From positions 1-64,000 of IMG/VR virus record IMGVR_UViG_3300006916_000044: a stretch of 64,000 bases of DNA; one strand, given 5' to 3'. A program made the position numbers and the translations under genes. The notes below the pieces were generated by a model. That model saw nothing but the letters and a program-made list of their open reading frames with translations. It was not told the DNA's origin and did no database searches. The DNA comes from a virus. Shown piece by piece: positions 44,601 through 51,000 of the stretch (its first letter is position 1; each line of letters opens with the position of its first letter).

Positions 44601-47600
44601 GAAAGAGAGCCTTATTCTGATGCTAATGATAATAAAATATTAGATTATAAATTTATTTTACAAGGTAATCCTGGTATGATTAAACCAAGAAATGGTAGAG
44701 AACTAGGTGTAGCTCAAGAACCTGCAAACTTAAAACCATTAACTGATTCAAATGCTGCAGAAGTCTTAGGAGCTGAAAATGCTGGTGTATGGGATTATAT
44801 AAAAGCTAATTTACCACAACTAGCTGAAATTGTATCTGAAGAAGATATTGATATAGATAATCTTAGAGGAAAGCTTTTAGCATTTAAAGCTAATAAAGAA
44901 GGTGCTAAAAATATTGGTTCGTCAGTATCACCAAATTTAGTTATTAATATAGCTAAAGAATTTGGAGTATCTGTAAGAACACTAAAAGATAAAAACGGAA
45001 GAGATATAATTCCTGCTTTAACTATTGATGGTATTCAGTACAGAGATTTTGTTGATTATACAATTGATCCTGAAACAGGCAAACAAGACAATCAAGCTTA
45101 TAGAACTCAATATGTTATTTCTGCTTTAATTACTGCAATGACAGATAATGCTAAAGAAAGATTAGCTGATAAACTTGGTTTAAATAAAACTGCTCTTGCA
45201 ATGGTAACTATGATGACTGGTATGGGAGTTGATATTAAAACTTCTATTTTACTAATGAATCAACCGGTCATTAGAGAAAATTTCTTTAAAGCTATAAATA
45301 AAGAAGATCCTACAGATCCAGGTATTAGAAAGTTGTTAGAAAGAAAAGCTATAGGTATTATTGAATTTATGAAAAACAATAATATTAAAACACCTAAAGT
45401 AGCAATAACAAGAGCTTTATTAGAAGAAAAAGCAAATAATCCATATGAAGTATATGATTTATCTACATTAGATGTAGAAGATATAAATGAAGAAGTTAGA
45501 TTTGCTTTAGCTGAAGAATTACTTACTATTAAAGAATTTTTAGTTGTATATGATCAACAAGAAACGTTAAGAGATGTTACTACTTTGTTAAATTTACAAA
45601 AAACATTTGGTGAAGATTTAATTGATGCAGAGAGAACGCAACAAGCAGCTGAAAATTTAGGTTTTTTAATGAGTGATAAAGAATGGGCTAGTAGTGCAAA
45701 AAATCCTAATACTATTCCTTTTGACTTTAGACCTGTATTTATGTCTAAATATAATACTAAACCTTCTTTACATGTAGACTATTATACAATATTTAGAGAA
45801 TCATATGATTATTTATTCCCTAAATTATTCTTAGAAGCTTCACAAGATTTTAAATATTTAAAAACTCTTATGTTAGACAATATGGTTAACATGATGGAGA
45901 AAAAAGATCAAGAGGAGTTAACTAATAATATAACTACATATTTAAATACATTAGCATATATGAATTCATATGTTAATGTTTCTGAAAATGAGCAAGAAGG
46001 TTCAGGTAAACAAACTACACAAGATACTTTAAATAATGCCCTTATATATAATGGTGATCATTACGGTAATCCTGATAACCAAAATCTTCATATAACTGAA
46101 GTATTTAAAAGATTAATAGCAAATAAAAAATCATACAACTATTTCTTAGATGATTTTTTACATTTAAGAACTGCATTAAATGAAGATAATTATACTGGTA
46201 TAGATAAAATTGTAGCAAATAATTTTACAAAATTAAGTGATTCAGATGTACAAAACATACAAAATTCATTTTTAGATTTGTATAGTGATCCTAATACACA
46301 TATAGATTCTGTTTCTCTAATTCATTATTTATTAGTTAAAGATGGTTTTAATAAAAATAACCGTGGAACTTTTATTGATTTAATTCCTGTAGAACTTAAA
46401 AAACAAATATTAAATTCAATAGATGCAGTACAAACTTTATTTAATTCTAATAAGCAAACAGATGCAGCATTTAATAGAGTATTTGGATTAACTAAACAAG
46501 AGTTAGCTAATTATTTAGTTTTTAATTACCTTCAGTCAACATCAGCTCAATACCATGTTTTAAATGTAGATGTAGACAAAAAAGGTAAATTAGGAAATAC
46601 TCCTGTTACTGAAATTAAAACAGAAGAAATTATAGACGTAGAAATTAGACCTAATGTAATCACAATATTAGGATATGAACCTAAAGGATCTACAATAGTT
46701 GATAATGATACTGAGTCATCAGCTTTATCAATGACAGCACCTAAACAATTTAAATATAAAAATAAAACATACTTTAGTGTTGATCATGCATATCAGGTTA
46801 ATAAAACAGGTACATTTAATCAAGCTGCTGATAAAGATTATAGAAAAAAAGCTAAACAAGATAAAATTGGTGGATATACTAGAAAAACAAAAGGAAGAGA
46901 AAATTTAAATTTATTAACTTTACTTGTTAAATATGCTTTTCAAACTAATTTAAATAAAAATATAGGTGGAAATTCATTAGCAAGTTATGGTGATATTTTA
47001 ACAGATGCTACAGATTTTGTTACAGTAGATATGAAAGAAGATTTATCAGTTGCATATATAAAAGGATTAAAGCAAGCACAATCTCAAATTGTAAAAGTTA
47101 AAAATAACAAAGGAGAAGAAATATATAAAAATAAAACAAACATTCAACTTGATAAAAAGAAACAAGTTGATGCAGCTAAAGAACCATTTGTAATTGATTT
47201 AGATAAAGGTGTTGCAACTATAAAAATGTATGCAGGATTACCAACTTTCTTTAATGATAAAGTTAAAACAGTAAAAGGACAATTTAGCAAAAATCAAAAT
47301 AGTGATGATGTTAAATCTATTCTTAGAGATAATCTAAAAACATTAGGAAGAAAAGGTATTAGATCTCAATATGTTAACATTAGATATGGTAATCAACCTA
47401 ATCAATTTGTTAAAAAGACTCAGTTATATTTACCTTTAGTAATGAGAAAAACATTATCAGACGGAAAAACTGTACTTTTACTTTTAAATAAATATCAGCA
47501 AGATGGTAAATATCAATCAACTTCTGATTTAAATCAATTATTAGAGGAAGGACAAACTCAAGTTGTAGGTAATTATGCTGAATACACAATCATAGAAGAA

Positions 47601-48050
47601 GGTCCTCAAGGGTCTAAAGATCAAAATCCTAATGGATTTTTATTTGGTGATAGACCATCTGAACAACAAATAAATAAATTTGAGGAAGATAAAAGAGATG
47701 CTTTTGCTATTGATATGGAAGGTGCAGAGTTATTAGATGATATTGATGTAGAAGAACCAGTGGATGACGTAGAGGATATTGATTATGGTGATCCAGAAGA
47801 TGTTGATATTGAAACTGATGACGATGTTAACCCAGCAGATGTTTTAATGGCTTTACAATCTACACAAGATGATATTGTAAATGAATTAAAGTTAAGTAAT
47901 GATGCATTAGTTGAATCATTTTATGATAGCTTAACACCAGAAGAGCAAGAAAAACTTGGATCTAAAGATGAAGTAATGAAACCTTATTTATCATATCCAA
48001 TAGATCCTAATGAATATATAGAAAACCTTAAAAAATGTTATCTTAAATAA
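32604..48050 (+). CDS. Virion-packaged DNA-dependent RNA polymerase polyprotein (crAss-like, phi14:2 gp66-type) with zincin and NADAR-like domains
   Basis: Catalytic DxDxD as SGADFDIDK (~44256-44270), preceded by GIRIPSQDKHS. HEAFH..EEFMADEF zincin at ~39108. SVDHAYQ at ~46776. Confidence 0.9.
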   Translation: MAEDISNLNINFNPQVNNQPTEPKTVSTEDVNEGIIESPNFSIKTPTGKFTPTDIPAVDVDFNAIRNELFIPNSGEPIRTSIDPTVIKNAEVLANTLNYNPVVMDYPYNMDPNSALFKLDKPQDDSLANTILNFEDVTTPSVADPVSLQPLKFDKKATNYDRYNAPGFKHLFNKIGFHPYVDNETVYNANSTWWDENARMRGQWGRIFSTGFMSTYDAIGDAFAGNYLTGDRDGAEVFEDAMRIANSSKSGIGAFTNNLMLNSGYTFGILANIAVEELALAGLEAVTLGGATPIVASRTAYNIVRLGKAADNVLDVGKNTANTVKLLDKLKDANSARDYWRAGGRWALNIFTPQTYRAIKDVSTAREGAKALSLMAKTAKTAGGFYRDARSVNLAIAESKLEGGLVQNKLYNDLYHDYVAKYGERPTGTALEEINDKAAEAAFTTLAWNFPVIFFSNQFVLGTAFRGFRGVSSILSKSAGSLGNRVMRKSAKRLAKETTEGAAKEPFKLLSKNRFKRIFERGIYGNLSQAGASLLRYSSANLAEGFQEIAQEAIAVGAEDYYKNLYNDPAMGGLDAQMASIYSGISSQMSGQGFEVFMSGFLMGGLVQGPQKLVFNGLPNLYTRFSSPEDFAKQKENEETYIKEAVNTLNKMYADPMMYFDANKMNAMFQKEASQDMFDSTFDGDIRSFMDKKAALVFNHLYTAAELGKLNDFASLFEDMLKLDDAMLAEAMPDQTAEDIKSGKTRERIQDMITKADDMRKAYDKLNEEIINPFDPSTFKKGTRDYNEEAIKYAAFDHAKKMAMFARSQFENATVRIASMYSELSTDPIIKKMAANDIDVLTDLQALISEINLLKDEIELATAETTTTEEVVDEKTGETIIKETTAKPELSADEQIALEQKTKKLIALQNVFNVLTDPANVKEREVFSDAELEKIEDLTERAKEKTSRDNRLKLIDKLREDILSTGVRDKSQEIKEVIVNAFSNSNLMNSLGEFDIANRDKFKTVLEEYLNVLAEQLGDTIQSDKIDQYVDAILDSKSLTQRQQILSRAVRTILAPENLDKLAERIEPRFKRMFLDNKNKVEARLRKYLDVTKTNIWLNELSGMGVYPDHTELIQYLENNGPIPQTYYTEEGLLTEESAQWEKANYVISAQENLTKKETPQETAQSEDSADIEDNIDYEENFLQEDTEDVEGVDVEIPSNQGDLYLKGKWIKYVETQSANNKKYLEFSDWVKSKLSKQDRLQAAAIEDIYQQVYSPLLLKNPKLGSFYTWLGTQVDNEKIQDILTFRNVSLYSLLPETKSSTIKVANEDVIDKETGKKVKVYYHTDEKGNRIDNEAFLTKKEAVETKKKKVNEKKKKKPNEFTYGKFNGVDNPKLAKGTLLIKNNVLYVVKSTDTMIADKGNLYIRELSKESSKDNNNNIYLTVEQANDYEIASNKDINYVKNTSKLKIEEATKVNPTYDRSITNRAEQIEAGVNKQQNLLRNLTSDVIGGLKLRISLGPNQSNINIPFEDKEAFQFGTQNENPKIKKNAQLLSVEIYDANGSYGYFQGPETLLLADAQGNPMSPFQLTENNLAEYFDIPKNMSTADALNYVQLSYAEAYKIYDTFKPLLSTQSLVEVNLSDFPELMVTLSEGSLTRSKSNPLITFDSLDTMFVGDDTSVTVDGEKPFFIMDYSRRYTRPKNKKEKMKVQGVPITNIDQSSKFFNAMMAEVDAMEENYDVLNRMGKYIAYVKLPNGKGAFVGLTAPVYSPENFNTLLTEIQEKASDLLANNVNADGTVKSKTAAKTINEKIQNEIYLAAEPGIYVELSLANDGSLRVKYTNMNETRNSKKRTAQGFISNEELMTFKDVQEVINKLNAFIQPIYPKGFKLDSIKTSIQKGETDIAIFGTLETQFTPEIKNNFKLQLRVNPNVISIDQVLRNAFNTNIPESTETIDNSTPVVEPTAEEKEDIILNDYENVDANYLLEIVRKSQQGKELTDFEQSVLDNTPAEMIAGLSIQVQNESTTDISNAEVLLDQNYQGISFKAEEDLKTFVDRYYESRYQQIKTSQPELTDSDIIDIVNAEMKDIETNANNPLHSGYLTLKRIQEDAEGKAFKITENFDGYDIEDINTFTDWVRDNINTDVISLSVDNLQNNMINGQMIAGQFLIHTHNLGLSGEISVGTNNPFKYHEAFHAVFRMFLTETEIKRYLKSAKKDVLAKLRREGKSLTDELASFRKSHGIYAKLSRKELEERYLEEFMADEFEAFKMKQKTNASSETKSLFQKILDFIKELLGFPTYKLNRLYRDINNGKYKRAGVQENRFTTAASSTPSVAYKSLTLGTKKIKTVTNTGEKFKTIINFMPSNDQHIIVSSAANLFIMRKNNAKGDVNTAEMLDGVINDIIENYNSERQFYKDKGFMWYKDNMLKIRNYYDSLTRQKNDLKELVRLRLDEVSNAILLNQEELDQEEADLGDITVDQWDKTSEMIGGFESAPKLIRELFATVSIDNQDMFGNKIIGENKNEPIRVGVNYSKVYDSILKAVANEPSAKKRMKKLWVWSQGSNVETRAVVVEMFKQLGLLKAAQDGTLFDPAQPFPSLESETGIRSTLYNMINNQFENYTVPYLIQLVDKNTGVVQIFEANKADDAHNTLVQWAESFNRKYSEIRIVGSKENKAARDAINRLSGFLNMPSIPEKMDIINESMVISDLIFDTTGMKFDSNYILFSLYNRLIDLNIEIPESQKLLFDMNQFADPISAEELSEIVQALNSGENLFLDNQELDTEDVDEATDDTQQYYEGGVKGRLRKISLNNAYFDETVGASTFINEEGNRIYGHQRPTFHLVELARMTTEENYVENRIAEDPFLEDNFLLTDEKFKSMQEKGQIKIMRMSGQKVGVANLTAEGIVKENKGYNKANRQGTKYGSFTPQQFIVTLVNNYTAGYNRVNPDKSLKGSYIDPVTKEPVDFAISPNLIRVIEASNTGDFAMLPVHKMIEFDADGTVNLTDQGYKAFENIIKRDAKAIQKELDPETETQDDIIGGNTNSKGQRTNSGRLFELSHNGKKLLSPLKTRIRNVRTYKNPGLGEDVQKALRSGKQSVHLLPLDKTDDVGFTEGAEGLIDVTVVESQPISLLMKNEGLINIENLSSDQVEKLIDDFGPYITTEKQNKKQHAFTLFQGTDAEQVYYTYGFQVAEFFRGKVSLVKISFTDPVSEKSDVKIQTDKTGQETIDILEVDSTPAEIFEQLINDGASFEEAFKAVDGKQIIEKRLFDEANEFIALLNDFKAIGKISPDIRSGLGIIEDSGSGTIVNDIDIELTEEMMELYNLEFDDLKYNLTQIFLNDYINTIAVNDALLGDQRLSLKNAIDAIKRAKMQNAAGSNVYSDIIDPALGIEQTTEDIDMLLYKDSLYEKEFENIRSEDKQLDSDPGERGDGQMLITQKANRHFLHGLGELTPQVAAVLDKIEAGKEVEINEEFFGTLTAESYKQMNAIMNSQKLVYGDGKVYLKMSAFVLTPLLTSRMDENGNFTIPIPGRERLHNLRVKLEKWEQDNNAIAIAVPASASKMMKSNMLGNTETFNNSSISEDNITKLNAKYMRKQMVVPSNKIEIVDPRQIKNLITSEQDLNAKVIWDGVEFSVGDVVDLYHQAQNNKLAVNWFAKRNLVFNFDEILNDYLNPQTAQKININLNAFLKFAIAGLTSSQAKSDMLSYFEMNEDGTGEPKFNLNNQLTRKKFQQLFFTFLGKGTISARQPGISAALVSDDGMLFPKKVKRVDENGVPLEWEVIRQAKWEQLETQGVAAKLSNIGSLSGLPEGLQVGDYFFDRLRSDVMMYNEDGTESGVVYTESVMPPHFKSILENLPADAVIPDVLAMAYGIRIPSQDKHSAVNIKFVDFLPVYYGSSAMFARELVELSGADFDIDKIYMQIKSFFVDKGKFVEFGKAKTEKEKYNHYLTWALNQAKQKGTPIRESIDIYLTSNPDLEFNLNEWSNMTPEEINILNESEIIARIGMENIGLPVSEEQYNAYKEKYKEREPYSDANDNKILDYKFILQGNPGMIKPRNGRELGVAQEPANLKPLTDSNAAEVLGAENAGVWDYIKANLPQLAEIVSEEDIDIDNLRGKLLAFKANKEGAKNIGSSVSPNLVINIAKEFGVSVRTLKDKNGRDIIPALTIDGIQYRDFVDYTIDPETGKQDNQAYRTQYVISALITAMTDNAKERLADKLGLNKTALAMVTMMTGMGVDIKTSILLMNQPVIRENFFKAINKEDPTDPGIRKLLERKAIGIIEFMKNNNIKTPKVAITRALLEEKANNPYEVYDLSTLDVEDINEEVRFALAEELLTIKEFLVVYDQQETLRDVTTLLNLQKTFGEDLIDAERTQQAAENLGFLMSDKEWASSAKNPNTIPFDFRPVFMSKYNTKPSLHVDYYTIFRESYDYLFPKLFLEASQDFKYLKTLMLDNMVNMMEKKDQEELTNNITTYLNTLAYMNSYVNVSENEQEGSGKQTTQDTLNNALIYNGDHYGNPDNQNLHITEVFKRLIANKKSYNYFLDDFLHLRTALNEDNYTGIDKIVANNFTKLSDSDVQNIQNSFLDLYSDPNTHIDSVSLIHYLLVKDGFNKNNRGTFIDLIPVELKKQILNSIDAVQTLFNSNKQTDAAFNRVFGLTKQELANYLVFNYLQSTSAQYHVLNVDVDKKGKLGNTPVTEIKTEEIIDVEIRPNVITILGYEPKGSTIVDNDTESSALSMTAPKQFKYKNKTYFSVDHAYQVNKTGTFNQAADKDYRKKAKQDKIGGYTRKTKGRENLNLLTLLVKYAFQTNLNKNIGGNSLASYGDILTDATDFVTVDMKEDLSVAYIKGLKQAQSQIVKVKNNKGEEIYKNKTNIQLDKKKQVDAAKEPFVIDLDKGVATIKMYAGLPTFFNDKVKTVKGQFSKNQNSDDVKSILRDNLKTLGRKGIRSQYVNIRYGNQPNQFVKKTQLYLPLVMRKTLSDGKTVLLLLNKYQQDGKYQSTSDLNQLLEEGQTQVVGNYAEYTIIEEGPQGSKDQNPNGFLFGDRPSEQQINKFEEDKRDAFAIDMEGAELLDDIDVEEPVDDVEDIDYGDPEDVDIETDDDVNPADVLMALQSTQDDIVNELKLSNDALVESFYDSLTPEEQEKLGSKDEVMKPYLSYPIDPNEYIENLKKCYLK

Positions 48051-48058
48051 AAAGACCT

Positions 48059-51000
48059 ATGGCTACTTGTTACAATAAAAATACAACTGAATACAAAGCA
48101 TTGCTTGGAGAGTATGTTAGTTCATATACTGTAGATTCTATTATATCTGATTATCAAAAAATAGAAAAAACAGATGCTATTCCTAGTGTTATAGATGCTA
48201 AAAATATGATCAAAGCACAAGCTTTGTTAACAAAAGCTAAAGCTAAAAATGAAGGTAAAGTATTATTAAGAAATTTACAGTCAAAAGGTTTTATTAAAAA
48301 AATAGGTAATGATTATTTTATTATAGAAACTAATAAAAGTTTAGTAAGAGATACACATAAACGTATTAGAGATTACTTAACGTTTAACGGTTTTAAACAA
48401 AATTCAATAATATTTAAAGGAACAAAAAAAGCACATATGTTTAGAGCTGTTGTAAATGATACAGTTTTTAATGGCAACACATATATATCAAAAGATTCTG
48501 CTAAGTCTTTACCAGTGTTAGAGCATTTAACTAAAATGTTTCCGCAAGTAAAATATACTGTACTAGAGGCATCTCAAGCAAAAACAATATATGATGCTAT
48601 TCCTTATTACAGAAAAAGAAATGTGCCTTGGAATAAAGTTAATTCATTCTTTTATAATGGTACAGCTGTTTTAATAAAAGGTAGAGTTACTAATGCAACA
48701 GCTATTGAAGAAATGTTACATCCTTTTGTAGATGCATTATATCTAGATAACAGAGCATTATTTGATAATTTACTAGTAGAAGGATTAGAGTTAGATAGTG
48801 AGTTAGCAGAAGAAATAGCTGGTGTATATGATCCTGCATTAGGCTTTCAATCAAAAGATACAGCATTAGAATTTGTAACACAGCTTTTATCAAAACATTT
48901 TAATAAAGAAAGTGGCAAACCTAAAATAGGATTTTTACGTGCTGTTAGAGAATTTTTAAATTGGTTTGCAGATGTTGTAAAATCTTTATATAGCGCATTA
49001 ACAGGTAAAAAACTTACAGTTAAAGATTTAAATTCTAACATGACTCTTACTGATGTAGTTAAAATGTTAAATACAGAAAGTTTGTCATTTGAATTAAATC
49101 CTACAGCATTAGAAGAATTAAGATATTCATTAGCACCAGAACAAAAAACTATATTAGATACAATAAAAAATCAAGCTGCTACAACTGTACAAACACAAAT
49201 TGTTGATCAACTTTTTCATCAAGCATATAGTTCAAAAACTGAAATAGATCAACTTGCTACATCTAGAGTAAAAAAAGAAGATGGTCAATTTATTAATGTT
49301 GATACAGCAGAAGTATTACCAAATATAGAAAATTCTATTCTTGGTGTAGAAAATCATCCTTTAGAAAGTTTAATTTTTGATGAAAGTACAACTGCCATTT
49401 TTAATGGTTTATCAATAGGCGCTCCTTTTGATTCTGAAAAAATAGATTCACAATTTGAAGAAGTATATAAAATGATGTTAGCAAGAATGGAAGGTATGAG
49501 AGATGACCGTTCTGTATTTCTTCCTAATGTTATTGTATCAGATCCTGCAACAGGTTTGACTCAAAGAATAGATTTGTTAAGAGTAGATCCTTTTGGAAAT
49601 ATGCAAATTATAAATTTTGCTAATACAGGATCAATTTCAAAAAATGAATATAATACCACAAATTTTGATTTAGGAGCTAATAGTATACTAGTTAAGAAAA
49701 ATATTCAAACCACCGTAACAGCAAAAATGTTTACAGGTTTGCAAATGGCTTTAACCAAAAGAATATTAGAAAATCTTGGGTTTATGGTTGATGAAGGAAC
49801 TATGACTATAAACTTAGATAGAACAAAAGATGGATTTTTAGATGGTACAATATTACATGCAGCTTCAGAAAATCAATACATAGTTGATCAAATTATTCCT
49901 TTAGATATAGCTGAAGAAAATAAAATGGTAGTTGATCAAATTATGGATCAAATGAGGAATCCAGAAGCAGTAGAAGATTGGGATTCTGATGAATATGCAG
50001 AAGATGTGCTAGACTTTGCATCAGAAGAAAATAGACCTTTATACGATTCATTATTTAAAGCTTTAAAAAACTATAGAGAAGGCTTAATTACAAAAGAACA
50101 AGCAATAAAAAATGCTAGAAGTGTAATATCAATGGATAAAGGTAGAGCTGCAATATTACGTTCTATTAGTATGTCTAGATCTATGATTGAAAATAGTTTT
50201 TTAAATCCAGAAACTATTGATAAAGTATATATTGATTTAGTTAGAGAAAGTATTGATCAAATAGATGAGTTTTTAGATTATGTAGCTGATCCAGATAATT
50301 TTAGTAAACCTGATTACATAAAGAAAGTTTTAGCTTGGCAAAAATTTGTTGAATCATATAGAGGATTAACAAATATTACAGTTAGTGATGGTTTAACAAA
50401 GAACCAACTTATTTATATTAATAAACTAAAAGATAAATTAAATCAGATTGTTGGTATTGTAAGTCCAGATGGTACAACAGTACAAAGAGGATCAATTGAT
50501 CTTGCAATAGAAAATTATGTTAGACAACTAGTGATTGATCAGTCTAGTAGAGATTTTACTCCAGCTGAATTAGATGAACTATTAACAACAGCTAGAGATA
50601 TAGGTTATGTAGAATATCAAACGGGTGATATGGCTACATCAAGAGATACTCTTCTTGCATTAATGGACAAAATATTTAAAAGAGATAGACAAAGAGTATT
50701 AGATAAAATACAAGCAAGAGCTCCTAGAATTAAAAGAGCTGCAATGAAACTTGCAAAATTAACTGGCTCAGAAAGAATTGATTATTCATTTATGATTGAG
50801 TATGATGAAGATGGTGTACCTACTGGTAGATATGTAAAGAAAACTTCTAGTGCTTTCTATGCTGAGTTAAATAGATTAAAGCAACCTCTTATAAATGAAG
50901 ATGGTAGTTGGAAAGAATTTATTGATATTGATAATATTGAAGAAGCAACACAAGAGCAAATAAACTACAATAGAAAATTAATGGCAGACCGTGATGCTTA

